Shown here piece after piece: positions 13,176 to 27,516 of a DNA stretch of 64,000 nt. The stretch lies in NCBI RefSeq assembly GCF_009914755.1, contig NC_060932.1. One strand, written 5' to 3'. Made by a program: the position numbers and the translations under genes. Below the pieces are notes generated by a model. The model did no database searches, was not told the origin of the DNA, and saw nothing but the letters and a program-made list of their open reading frames with translations. Source of the stretch: the human T2T-CHM13v2.0 reference genome, Homo sapiens. Numbering within the stretch: position 1 is the first letter of the stretch; each line of letters begins with the position of its first letter.

Positions 13176-14049
13176 AAGGCGGGGGCCCTGGGAACGGACC
13201 GTCCAATCTGACAGCTTGGCCACCACTGCAGACTTGCCTGGAGCTATTCAGTGGGCAGGAGCCACAGAAGCTTGACTAGACGGGGTTCAGGGAGACCAGG
13301 ATGCTGGGTGGAGACAGGGAATGGAGCCAAATCTTAGAAATGTTGTTTGCTTTTCTCTAATGAGAAAAGATATGAAGACAAGCAGGAGATGACAAGACAC
13401 GTGCTAGTCCAAGATGCCTTACAGCTATAGTAAGTAAAATGTCAATATGGTTATTTCTATGAATTAATACCAACTTAATGTTTAATCTGAAAGTATCTTA
13501 AATATCTTAGATCTCTTCTTTCTCATGTGTCAACTTGATCCTTCATTTTTGTTCCTTTTATGAAATTTCTCTCAGGGAAATTTATCAGGACAGTATAAAG
13601 TTAATTTCAAATATGGTATTTCCTGAATACAAACTTTTCCATGACCTTAACAAAGTATAAAACCTAGGACAGGTATCAAAGCAGATCGTCTCTCTCTTTC
13701 TCCGTCATTACTTGCAATCTATTACAGTAAAGGACTCTACACTTAGCAAAGAGCAGGAGGTAGAATATTGTTTCCATGTGTCTGTCTATATGTGTATATA
13801 TGTATGTGTCTATGAACTTTTCTGATTTAAAGAAGGACATGGTCTTCATGATTTTCAAAGTTGCTTTTATCCCTAGAATTCTCTATAGTACTACATAAAC
13901 TGGTAGCTTTATTCCAATACTTAACATATTCTTCTACAAAACAGCTGTAAAACATAAACAGCCATTGTGATGTCTGATGGTCCAAGGTGGCCATTTCTGA
14001 AAAGCAGGTGCAAAACAGAAGGTAAATTTTCCAGGCCTAGGTCTACAGA

Positions 14050-15520
<1,471 letters not shown>

Positions 15521-16851
15521 TGAAAACCTCCTGGAAGAAGGGAAGAGCAAAACTGAACAGCGTCTCCCCTCCTGTCCACAGATGTGGGGCTGGTCAGGGC
15601 CCCTTCTCTGAATCTGCTGTTTAGCTGGAGACCTGACTTAGACAGCAGGACCAATAACGTGGGCTACAGGTTGGCCAACCCTCATGCTGCCATTCACACA
15701 GGCTCCTGGACAAGCTCTGGGCTTGGCAAAGATGAATACCTTGTCTTACACAAGAAAACAGGGCCACATGGCTTTGACTTCGGCCTTAAATAAGTGAGCA
15801 AGCCTCTTCTTGTGTTATGAGCACCAAGAACAAAGACAGAAAGTCATACTCGACAAGAAAATGAAATGAATGTGTGCTTATTTCAGTTTCTAAGTGAGAA
15901 TGTAAAATTTGTACGGTCGAAAAATATCAAAACCATTTAGTTTCCACACTGAAGAGGTAAAACTGATTCAGTTTTTAAAACACTACTTCTTGTACATATA
16001 CAGATGTATAAACGGATCAGTAGGTCAATGATTGTCCGTAATGTTTTCCAACTTCTGAGCATATATTTATGCCTGATCACGTCTCTCAAATAAGAAAATA
16101 TTTTTCCAAAGTCTCATACAAAATTGAGTTTTAGGCTTTATTTTTATTTACATTGCTTTACTATTTAAATATTAAGTTTACCATTTTGTATTGTTAATAA
16201 AGTGGGTTTGTAAGTAATATTAATTTAAATATACTACAACCTTTCTTTGGAGTTAAATCTACTAAGCCTACCTATATGAAAAACAATAGATCTTATTTTG
16301 GCTTGAGCTAGTTATCTAATAGAAATGTGTTGTGTTTTTCTTGTTGCTCTTTAAGATTTATGAAAAGAAAATAAAATGATTAAAGACATGCAAACAAAGT
16401 TTTTTAAAAGGAATTTCGCTAGGTCATTTTTTAAAATGTCATTTTAAGAATAAGAAGTACTCCTAAAATTACTACATGCACCATGCCATATCCTGATGTC
16501 ATAAAGTAGAAATTTGCGATACAACTTCAACCTATTTGGATATGGTAAAGAAAAAAATAACTAAAAGAAAGGAAATGAGTTTATAAACTTCCTGGAGAGG
16601 GGTAACCACCCCATGAAAGTAGGACAGTATTTTGACCAAAATAAATAGGTCCACCAAAAAAAATACCGTGCTCAGAAGAGCACTGATAATTATTGCTGTA
16701 TGACTCTATCGGTACATGTAACAATGTTATGGGGGGTTCCTGCAACCTAGGATTCCTTTGCCTTCCTCAAGCCACAAGGGCTGATGGAGCCATCTCAGTG
16801 CCCAGTTCTGCCCTTCCTCACTCTCTGTAGCCCTTGTCTATTTTAAAATGC

Positions 16852-17222
16852 TTATTTAATTATTATTTTTTATTTCCATAGGTAATTGGGGAACAGGTGG
16901 TATTTGGTTACGTGATCGAGTTCTTCAGTGGTGATTCGTGAGATTTTGGTGCACTTATCACCTGAGCAGTATACACTGCACCCAGTTTGTAGTCTTGTAT
17001 CCCTCAACCACTTCCCACCCTTTCTGCCTGAGTCCTCGAGGTCTACCCTGCCACTCTTATGCCTTTCCATCCTCATAGCTTAGCTCCTGCTTGGAATGAG
17101 AACATACGATGTTTGGTTTTCCATTCCTGAGTTACTTCACTTAGAATAATAGTCCCCAATCTCATCCAGGTTGCTATGAATGCCATTAATTCAACCCTTT
17201 TCACGGCTGAGTGGTATTCCAT

Positions 17223-17266
<44 letters not shown>

Positions 17267-17310
17267 ATGGTTTCTTTTTCCACTCATTGATTGATAGGAA
17301 TTTGGGTTGT
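16852..17310 (-). mobile_element. L1PB1-like 3' fragment
   Basis: ttatttccataggt..ttggggaacaggtggtatttggttac...ttccattcctgagttacttcacttagaataat. Confidence 0.85.
17226..17265. repeat. (AC)20 microsatellite
   Basis: Direct. Confidence 0.97.
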
Positions 17311-17710
17311 TTCTAAAGAGTAAGCCCGGCCAAGTTGTTTTCATGCTTAACCACCTTCTCAGGTTTCTAAGCCCTTTCAGAGCAAAGCCACCCTTGCTAG
17401 GAGGGCAGGCAGGGTGCTCCCTGGGCTGGGTCCCGCTCCCTACCCCGAGTCCACATCCTCCCCTTCTCACCTGGTGGTCACACACACTAAGTTCTCGCGT
17501 GTTCCTGTGCCTGTCCTGTCTTAACTCTGCTCTTGCAGACACCCCTCCCAATATACCTGGGTTTCCTCACCCTCTAGCCTTGTTTCAAGGAAGACCTGCT
17601 CCTCGAAGCCATCCCTGATATCAACCCCACTTCCCTCTGCTGAAGCCTCCATCTCAGAGCCACACATTGCCATGCAGATGCCCGCTTCCATGTTTGCTTT
17701 GCTTCTAGAT

Positions 17711-17906
17711 TGGGTGTCTGCAAACTACAGCTCACGGTCCACATCCAGTCTGTGCCTGTTTTCTTGGTAAAGCCTCATAAGCATGGTTTCTATGTTCTGA
17801 AAGGGTTGTGGAGACCACAAAGGCGAAGTGTGCCAGTGACTGTGTGTCCTGCAAAATCTAAACCATTTATTATCTTGCCCTTTACAGGCAAGCTCACCAG
17901 CTTCTG
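17711..17906 (+). mobile_element. MER58 (MER58C-like) hAT MITE
   Basis: gtctgcaaactacagc...cctgcaaaatctaaaccatttattatcttgccctttacag...; degenerate TSD ttctagat / ttctaggc. Confidence 0.75.
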
Positions 17907-17970
17907 TTCTAGGCCAAGTGGTCTCAGATAGACAGATCTAGGCCTTATTCTACTCTGGCCTGATGATGGG

Positions 17971-18433
17971 AGGCTATGCTTTGAATGTTTATGGCCTTTG
18001 AGGCTCACATGGAAACTCAGCCCCTCATGTCGCAGCAGTGAGAGATGGGACCATTAAGAATAGCTTGGGTCGTCAGGGCTCTCCTTTCTTGGATGGATAA
18101 ATTCATTCATGGATGAATGGATTAATGCATTAATTTGTTAATGAATTACTGGATTATTGTGAGAGTGTGGCTTTTTAAAAACAGGAGGAGAAACCTCAGC
18201 TAGCATGATGGGAGAAATCTAGGAGAAATCTAGCTAGCCCCCTTCAACACTGGACGCCGTGTGCTGCCTTGGGCCTCTACAGAAAGTTCCCACCAGCAAG
18301 AAGGCGATCCCCAGATACAGTTCCTTGACTTTGAGTTTTCAGCCTCCACAACTGTAAATAATACACTCCCTTTCTCTATAAACCACCCAATTTCAGGTAT
18401 TCTGTTACAAGCAACAGACAGTGGAGTAACATA
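17971..18433 (+). mobile_element. MST (MSTB-like) MaLR solo LTR
   Basis: ctatgctttgaatgttt...cccaccagcaagaagg...cagcctccacaactgtaa...ataaaccacccaatttcaggtattctgttacaagcaacag. Confidence 0.8.
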
Positions 18434-18659
18434 TGCTCCAAGTGTAACAAATGTAATTTGAATAAATAAGTCAACAAGCAGATTTATTGAAAGAAAATTC
18501 AGGCAATTGAAATAATTAGGTATCTTGGATCTAGACATAAAGAGTTAATATATGTGTTGCTTATGTTTTAATGACCACCTTCTTACATTTAACTCTGATT
18601 TTTCTTGTTTCATATTGAAAATCATTCTAAGTAAAAGGCAAGAAAAAAGAAAGCAAAGC

Positions 18660-19395
18660 ACAGAGCCGATAAAAAAGTGTCCCATTGGGATCACCCATGC
18701 ACGTGGCCTCAAAATCTAGGAGCCATGCTTCACCTTTTGATCCCGATTCTCCCATATGCAGCCCATCAGCAGGCATTCCAATGTCTCTTCCTTTAGAATA
18801 CATCCTATGTCTCACCACCTGTCACCAGGCCACTATGGCTGCCCTCTCCTGTTTTCTCCAATAATTCCCACCTTTTTGGCATTTCTTGGACACAGCAAAC
18901 TCATTCCTACTCCAGGGCCTTGACCCCGCCTGGACCAATCTTCCTCCTTCCCCATCTTCACAACCTCCAAGGCATGGCTCAGCAGACAGCCCTCAATATA
19001 ATCTTTTAAAAGTTTTTTAATTGACACATGGCGGCTGTGCATATCGATGGGGTGCACAGTAATGTTTCCATACATATAAGGTGTAGTGATTCACTCAGGG
19101 TGATTAGCACATCCAGCATCTCAAACACTTATCTTATGGGTGCATCATCCCTAAGTTCCTTTCTCTGACCTCATCAGTCTCCACCCCTTTGCCTAGTGCT
19201 GTTTCCTTTCTTACTGGTTTGCTTTCCTTAGCTGCTATGACACCTGAAATCTTGCTATTTGTTTGCTTGCCTATTTTCCACTTTGCACCTCCTTGAAAAG
19301 AAGCTTCATGGCCAACCAGGCTTGCACCACATATTCCCACATCCTTCCTGGGTCACAGACAGGCACCTCGTGAATACTTGTTGGATGGAAGAGTA
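18660..19395 (+). mobile_element. L2 fragment interrupted by a short antisense L1M piece (~19005-19130)
   Basis: L2 motifs (tcattcctactccagggcctt; acagacaggcacctcgtgaatacttgttggatg) flank an L1 3' motif (ttttaattgacaca...ggggtgcacagt). Confidence 0.55.
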
Positions 19396-19629
19396 AATAT
19401 ATGGGTAAATAGGGTGTATGCAATATGCATTCCCATGTTGCCAATCTCTGCTTCCACTCGAAAATAGGAGTATGGCATCATGCAAATGTGTCTCTGCTTT
19501 TCTCTCATCAGATGACAAACCACTACTCAACTTGAAGTGAACAGTCAGACCCCTTTCTCAAAACTCTCCAGCAATGCATTAGTCAGGATCAGCCTAAATC
19601 TAAATGTAATTGCCACTCTCACCATGCTG

Positions 19630-19830
19630 TGAGAGCTCATGGCAGAACAAGGTAGCAGTTAAGAGAGTAGACTTGACCTCTTTGTGATTCAGTTTTCTTA
19701 TCTTTAAAAAGGAAACACTAATGTAGCCTATGGCATAGGGCGTTCAAAGATTCAGTGAGATAATGAACATAATTACTTAAAGTTTCTAAAGCATGTAAAT
19801 TTCTCAAGAAATATTAACTAATATCTTGTG
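19630..19830 (+). mobile_element. MIR
   Basis: Core tcagttttcttatctttaaaaagga...aatgtagcctatggcataggg. Confidence 0.6.
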
Positions 19831-20146
19831 GCATATTTTCTGTACTACAGGACTGTCATATCCAAACTCTATATCAATATGTGAATGTTTTGAAAGCCAA
19901 CACACACTTTAGAGTTTGTGAGTCATTGGTTTTAAGCCTAAGAGTAGATGCAGGGGGTAAATGCTTTAGGTTGCAGTAAACTGGAATTAACTAATCTGCA
20001 CACTGACAGCTAAGGAGAAAAGAACATATTTTACCAAATACATAACTTTTATTGTGACTGTTTGATAAGACCCTTTACGTCCCTAACCACTGCTTCTATA
20101 TTGGTAAAGCTCTCTTTTCAGAATTGTCTTCTAATAAATATGTATA

Positions 20147-20178
<32 letters not shown>

Positions 20179-20343
20179 CTGAAGATACATTATGTTCTTT
20201 CCGGTGCTCATTTAATACCAAGCCAGTGTATAGTTTCTTACTCTATGTAATAAAGACATGACTGATGATGAGAAATAGTCATTGTAGTCTGTCATATCAC
20301 TTGTATACTAAAGTCCGTGACAAGCTGCGATAATATGATGTTC

Positions 20344-20523
20344 TCTGTAATGTGATCATGCTGAGTGTGACATGCAGTACCTGCATCAGTCTAGACGTGG
20401 CTTTAGCTACTGAAAGATGAGGCTGCCACTGTGTCTTTAATGTGATCATGCTGAGTGTGGCATGTGGTACCTGTGTCAGTCCAGACGTGGTTTTAGCTAC
20501 TGAAAGATGAGGCTGCCACTGTG
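20344..20523. repeat. 90-bp tandem duplication (2 copies, ~91% identical)
   Basis: taatgtgatcatgctgagtgtg...gaaagatgaggctgccactgtg at 20348 and 20438. Confidence 0.95.
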
Positions 20524-23500
20524 GGAGCTGAGGACTGATAGGGATCTCACAGTGGCAGAAACAGGAACTCGAGAAGTTTCATAGCAAATGTTTAAAAAAT
20601 AGAGATTTTGCAGATGCATGTTCTGTATTGTGAAAACAAATGGTAAAATTCTTTGAACAATGAGAGGAAAAAATCTCCTTTACATGGAGGCACTTTGAAT
20701 TCATCCCATCTTCTAAGAGAAAGAGGTGAGATTTTCTGCACAAACAGAGTACTGTCTGTGGAAAAGACAACATTCTGATTTAGAAAAAAGGGCTGAGGAA
20801 ATTACAAAAAAGTGTATCGACACAGAAAGCTTGAATACTAATCTAAATATGCATCATCCACATGGCATGAAAAAATAAGGTCAGCTTATTCTCTTTTTTT
20901 TTGCATATTTCTAAATTAAAGAAAACTAAATCTCCATGACATTTTGTAAGCATTACATGCTAAAATAAACAGTTCATAACAATTTGTGTATTTTTAAAAG
21001 GGATTGTTGTTAGGCAGTTATAAAGCTTCCTCTGACCTGTGATAACTGCCTTTCTATCTCAGAAAACATTGCTAAAGAGACTCAAAAGTTTTTTTGAATT
21101 GGATTAGCCAAGATAAACATAAGGTGGGGGGCATTGTGGTTATGCAAATATAAGGTATTTTAAGGAATTAAGAGGACTCAAGTGTAACGCGTATGCTACA
21201 GAGATCCTTTCTGTTGCAAGAGTATTCACATCAACATTGTTCATATACTCCATTTGGGTCTGAAGTTTTAGACTACGAAATTATCTACGTAAAGTATGCT
21301 TTTAGTTTATATGAATTTTATTGACACAAGAACAGTTCTGCTTTTTAATACAGAAGACTAAGAACCATTTTCATTAATTTTAAAATTGTATAATTTATAT
21401 TCTTTTAAATTAAGTTATAAAAGATTTACTTGTTTAATACAAAAGTAAATTCTTCCACTTTCTTGATAATTAATGGAGATCGGAAATCTGTTATAATTTT
21501 TGATAAAACACAGAGAAGATTTATATTTCAGAAATAGTTCACCACATATTTAGACCTGTCACGTACTGTCTGTCAATTACTGGTAGTTTTGCAGAAGAAT
21601 ACTGAAGAGTTCAATATATTCAAGCAATAAAATATTATTCTTAAAACCAATCAACCAACCAGCTAAAAAATAAATTGTGGACAAGGAGAAAAAAAAAAAG
21701 AAAGGAAAGACCTACTCTGAATATCTTTCATCAGTTTCAGGCTGTGCTAAATGCAATGTAATATCACTTCATGGATTTATGAGAAGATACCTAGGTAGGC
21801 TTTCAGTAATGTAGCCATAGTTCGGAGCTGCAGGCACACCGTCAGCACACGCTTGGTGAAATGGAGACATGAGAGCCAATTTCAGGAATTTTTATAATAA
21901 TTTGAGAAGTCATTAACTGCCTTTTTTAGATAAATTGTTTCATGAAACAGACAGAGTGTGACAGACCCAGCTGATTCATGATCTTATCCTATGTCTATTC
22001 AGTTCCTCAGTTTCTTCCCTACTATGAAAAAAATTTGAAGAAGATATTCCTAAGACAGCTGCGTCAAATCAACCATACTGTAGAAGCAGGATTGCTGCCG
22101 TGGCACAGACTTGGAATATCCAACAATTACAGCTCTACCTTTTATCAGAACATAAACCATAACTGTGATGTCCCTCCCAGCATTGCTAATGACAGTAAAA
22201 TCTTGAAAACAACTTGACTCTTTGTTAACTTGGGATAGGGAAACCAATTTTAGTAGGTCCATAGTTACAAATATTCTGAAGACATTAAAATATGTGAAGT
22301 AGACATATAAATTAATAAATCTAGAGAGATGTTTATGTTTTATTAAGTGAAAAATAGGCAAATAATTTCACAGAATATTTATAATATTTGTATCACTCTT
22401 GAAAAGGACTGAAAACACACATATGCCAAACACGTACACATACATATCCACAACAGTCATATTTAAATGGTCATGTAAAGGCAGACTTCTACGTAATGGG
22501 GCAAAACAGAATGTAATTTGTACATTAGGTGATGGAATTATGGGTGAAATTTGCTTTCTCTAGGACTGATTTTATTTTTCAAAAAAAATAAGTAAACATT
22601 ATAGTTTTGAAAGATGGGATGTGGATGTGTGTGCTCGTAGCTTATATTATGCGTTCTTCATGACTGTATTTAATGCATGTCTAAGCTCATGCCTTTTATA
22701 CAAGTGAAACATACACAAAAAGAAGGTAGACAAGAAGAAGTTTTTAATGGATATAGCCATTTAAGGCAAAAAAGATTGTGTTTTTCTTTATAAGAACAGT
22801 GAAAAGACAAGCTGATGAGAAAACACATTTGGAAGTGGTAGGGAATATCTTAAATGGGTCCAGACCAGTTCAACATGAAGTCAGAAGAGTGAGAAATAAC
22901 TACAGAAGACCTGCTGGCTGGCGAGGGCTGTGAACCAATTTGGGATTGAGGAGGAAGACAATGAAGCCCCCTCTGGGGGTCTGGGGAGAGCCTGGAGCTG
23001 GGGGAGCAGAGAACAGGGTCACAGACACCCCACATTGAGGGGAAGGGAGGGTGGAAGGGAAGCAAGGCCACATAAATGTGGAATTGAGATAATTGGTACC
23101 CCCAGCTCCTGCTCTGTTGGAAGCCATGAAGAAGCTACAGCCCCTCTAACAAGGCACAGCATGGCCAGGCCAAAGAGGATCTGAGCAGGTGGGAGAAATA
23201 GCCCATGAATGGCAGCACCTTAGTTTTCTTGAGCTTGTTAGAGTTTTTTTTCTCAGCCTGGCTTTGTTAATCAGAATGTTGAGAGCTTCAGAACTTCCAC
23301 AGAGGGTCAATACTTCAGAGCGGGGGAGGGAGTAAATCTACAAAGTAAGCAGAAGAGATTTCAACAGTGTGTCAAGTGAGCTGGGTCTGGGCAGGCCAAG
23401 AGTGCTGTGTGAACAGCCAGCAGGCAGGGAGCCCCCTGCAGTGGTGAGAGTGTCACTGAAACTCAACAGTAACCTGGCAAGCAGCCACACAGGGCAAGTG

Positions 23501-25074
23501 GGTCAGGGGTGTTAAAGAGAAGCCCAGACACCTGGGCTCTTGTCAGAAGCAGGAAACACCACATAAGCTGAGGAGGAAGGGAAGAAGACTGTGCGTGAGG
23601 AGTCCTCCGCCAGGGAAGGCTAAGGAGCCAGGAGAGCCCTCGGCAAGTGCAGCCGTAGGACCCGTGACAGGCAAACCCTGGCAGGCGCTATTAAATTATG
23701 AGCAAAACCTAGGCCAGAAAACAAGCAGAATGGGGAGAAATGTGTCTGGGAGGTGTAGGGAAAGATGGACGGGAGCTTTTGTGAGCAGTGCTTGTGAAAT
23801 GTGACAGGGCATTTAGCTAGGAGTCATGAAGCCAATGGGATGATTTAGGCAGTATTTCAATACTGAGGCTCACAGAGGTTTTCATTCTGTTCTTGGGACA
23901 CGTTCAGGGTATTTCTGGTGTGGTCATTGATGATGACAGTCTGAACGCTGTAAGAATTTAGCCAAATCATCCCACCTGCTCTTCCTGATGAGGGCTGGTG
24001 GGGTCAGGTGGCCCTGGCAGGTCAGAAGGTGGAGGTGAAGTGGGATGCTGACAGGTTTAAATTCTATGCACTGAGCCCCATTTGCAAAAATTCCACAGCT
24101 GGGTGAACTTAAACGCTTGCTTCACTGAAGCTTTTGTGTAAGTTTAGCTCATTTTCTTTAATTCTACAGAACAAACTTATTTTACATATAAATTTAAAGT
24201 AAATATGGAAGTACATGTACACTTGAATCTGATAACTTAAATGTGAGGGTGCATAAAAATAAAATATGTGTCTATCATATTTGAGTTTTCTGTTCATTTC
24301 CCATTCATTTCATTCTGTATCTCTAATTTTAGATAGTTAGATAGATGTATGGTTAGGCAGACAGTTGTATGGTTATAGACAAAATCTTCGGTGCCAAAAG
24401 TTTTTCTATGAAATATACATAGTGGAGCATTTTAATAATACTGTTTAGGGTTCCAGAAGTCAGTCAAATGTGATATTAAAACAGCTCCCAGAAAGCAAAT
24501 ATTTGAATAGCTCTGGTTCTCCCAATGTTAAATGACAGACTATTAAAACTGGTGATTTCAATCCCATTCAAGGACAGAACAAATAGAATATAGAGGAATT
24601 TGACATTAACTTTTCGCTCTAGATGTTCTTAAGTATGTATTATTCCATATTCCACTAACTACATAAGACTCCTCACAAAACCCAGCAGCACAAAACAGAG
24701 GAACTATTCAGAATCATCAATTTCCTAAGTGGATTTTATAAACATGTAACACTTAATTATGAAGACTTTTGTTTGTTACAGTAGAATTTAGGAGGGATCC
24801 TTTCCATGTTTTTTGGTACCCATTAACCACCCTCACCTCCCTACAACCCCCACTACCCTTCCCAGCCTCTGATAAACATCCTTCTACTATGTCCATGAGT
24901 TCAATTGATTTTATTAGCTATCTACCCACAAAGATTTTTAAAATTTATAATAATTAATATATATATATATATATATATTCACACACACAAAGAATTTATG
25001 AGGGATCCTGTGGGTTGAGATAATTTGTTCAGTCCTTAAGCCAAAATTATCAAACAAAATACAAACTTCTTTTT

Positions 25075-25075
25075 C

Positions 25076-25118
<43 letters not shown>

Positions 25119-25125
25119 CTCTCTC
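25075..25125. repeat. (CA)n followed by (CT)n microsatellite
   Basis: Direct. Confidence 0.95.
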
Positions 25126-26313
25126 TTTCAGAAATGGAAAAGTTCAATATCACTCTATCATTGCCTTTAGGGCTGGTACAAAAACATTGTCGTGGGGGCT
25201 GCCTGTGCCACCTGTTAACGAGGATAATGGTAATTGCGTCTCTCTACTGTAAGCACCTTTAAATGAAAAGTATGACTTAACATTTAACTTCTCCTCTCTC
25301 AAAGCTTTATTAGCTTTCAAGCCTAGCTGCTCAGCCTCTGATCATAGAAAGACTGCCAAAAGAGGCGACCTTGGTGGATGCCCCTCTCCCTTCACTGCCA
25401 TAGGGCTTACCCCCCCTGGACAGATCTCAGCACACTTCGTACTTCACAGGAAAGCCACAAAAACAATCATCAGGTCACAAATGCAGTTTTCAAACACACA
25501 CATAAAGCCTCACTTAGAGAACTGCTAAGTCAAGCAGAACCCAGCACCCAGTCCTTTGCAGTATCCTCTTTGTAATCTGCACTTTGGTGGAAACTGCAGG
25601 GTAATGGCACTGTCAAAAAACACAGAATGGCAAGTGCAATGGAACACAATACAGGCGGCCAAATCCATTCCAAATATTACCCACGACTGAGCTTCACTGC
25701 CACAAATATATTTTGTGTGTTACATTCAGAAGACACTTCTATGAAAATAATGTTTTGTTTCTCTGGATATGTATTAGTACAACATATTTGGCCATTTTTA
25801 GGACCCAAATAATATGTAGATTTGTGGGATTCGTGGCTTGGAGACAGCTGTACCTATTTTTAACAAAAGACCTTTAATTATGGCAGACCATCGCTGCCTC
25901 TCTAGTGGGGTAAAACATTCCAAACTTGGCCATTATTACTATCATTTATTCGTGACCATTTATGGGTCTTCACTATTTGCCAAACGCTGTGCACAAGACT
26001 GGAAATTCAAAGAGGTTTTAGACATAGGCTTCCTTGAAAAGATAATTTAAACAACATGTCTCATTATGCACCATTAAGAAACAAACAAACACTCTTTAAA
26101 AAGAGGCACAGTGTTTCCTTTTAGAGGTGAGCAAGTCCTGAATTGGCCCCAACAGCCTCTCACTGCTTGAGGCTTTCTTTCCTCTGCTTTGAGGCCCTAT
26201 CTCCTGCCTTCTGCGGAAATGCTTGGAGCATGGAGATAATCATTTTACAATTCTCTCCACAGTAAAACACATCACAGCTTCCTCTACCTGTGGATACTTT
26301 CCCCTTAGTCCCC

Positions 26314-26481
26314 TAGTAGGTGACACAGGTTTTGGTTTGCCTAGGACAGATAGAGTCTTTGGTTGTTTCTAGGTTGATTATTAATAGCATTATCACCCTT
26401 TACTCCAAAGGTAACTTAAGGGTAATAATGCCATTGGTTCAGCATTTGGATCAGATAATAAGTTATACGGTCAACTCCCTA
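26314..26481 (+). mobile_element. MER94-like hAT-Blackjack MITE
   Basis: ggtgacac..ggtttgcctaggacag...attattaatagc...ataagttatacggtcaac resembles recalled MER94. Confidence 0.5.
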
Positions 26482-26527
26482 AATAAATAGTTTGTTGGTT
26501 TGCAAAAACATTGTGGAATGTGTGCTA

Positions 26528-27516
26528 CTACTCCAATGATGAATGGTGCCTCAGTGGTACCCTGTGTCCACTCCTCCAATGATGAATGGTGCCTCAGAAG
26601 TAACCCGTGTCCACTCCTCTGATGATGAATAGTGCCTCAATAGTACCCCGTGTCGACTCCTCCAATGATGAATGGTGCCTCAATGGTACCCCGTGTCCAC
26701 TCCTCCAATGATGAATGGTGCCTCAATAGCACCCCGTGTCCACTCCTCCAATGATGAATAGTGCCTCAGTAGTACCCCGTATCCCCTCCTCCAATGACAA
26801 ATAGTGCCTCAATAGTACCCTGTGTCCACTCCTCCAGTGATGAATGGTGCCTCAATGGAACTCCGTGTTCACTCCTCCAATGATGAATGATGCCTCAGTA
26901 GTACCCCGTGTCCACTCCTCCAATGATGAATGGTGCCTCAATGGTACCCCGTGTCCACTCCTCCAATGATGAATGGTGCCTCAGTAGTACCCCGTGTCCA
27001 CTTCTCCAATGATGAACGGTGCCTCAATGGTACCCCGTGTCCACTCCTGCAATGATGAATAGTGTCTCAATAGTACCCCATGTCCACTCCTCCAATGATG
27101 AACGGTGCCTCAATGGTACCCCATGTCGACTCCTCCAACGATGAACGGTGTCTCAATGGTACCCCGTGTCCACTCCTCCAATGATGAATAGTGCCTCAAT
27201 GGTACCCCGTGTCCACTCCTGCAATGATGAATGGTGTCTCAATAGTACCCCGTGTCCACTCCTCCAATGATGAATAGTGCCTCAATAGTACCCCGTGTCC
27301 ACTCCTCCAATGATGAACGGTGTCTCAATGGTACCCCGTGTCCACTCCCGCAATGATGAATAGTGCTTCAGTAGTACCCCGTGTTCACTCCTCCAATGAT
27401 GAATAGTGCCTCAATAGTACCCCGCGTCCACTCCTCCAATGATGAATGGTGCCTCAATAGCACCTCGTGTCCACTCCTCCAATGATGAATGGTGTCTCAG
27501 TAGTACCCCATGTTCA
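26528..27516. repeat. 43-bp VNTR, 23 copies
   Basis: Consensus CTCCTCCAATGATGAATGGTGCCTCAATGGTACCCCGTGTCCA; units start at 26528, 26571, 26614 ... 27474 with an unbroken 43-bp register. Confidence 0.97.

Larger units (their letters stand above)
10940..13310 (-). mobile_element. L2 element split by two LTR insertions
   Basis: L2 3' end (acaaatatattttagcacctac) at ~10945 and L2 body motifs (ggggcaagtgcagaag...ttaggagagatttgcaataatctagg; tttgagatgtctgttggaca) on both sides of LTR47 and MER41C. Confidence 0.65.

Noticed and set aside
25888-25912. Third CTCF-like motif (CCACTAGAGAGGCAG on the minus strand)
   Set aside because: An extra base breaks the core spacing, so the match is poor.
26528-27516. 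CRISPR-like array
   Set aside because: Units are head-to-tail with no unique spacers, there are no cas genes, and the context is a human intron. It is a VNTR.
26528-27516. Tandem C/D-box snoRNA cluster (most units have ATGATGA, reminiscent of SNORD113/114 5' ends)
   Set aside because: The C box is on the strand opposite to CSMD1, there is no regular downstream CTGA D box or terminal stem, and 43 nt is too short.
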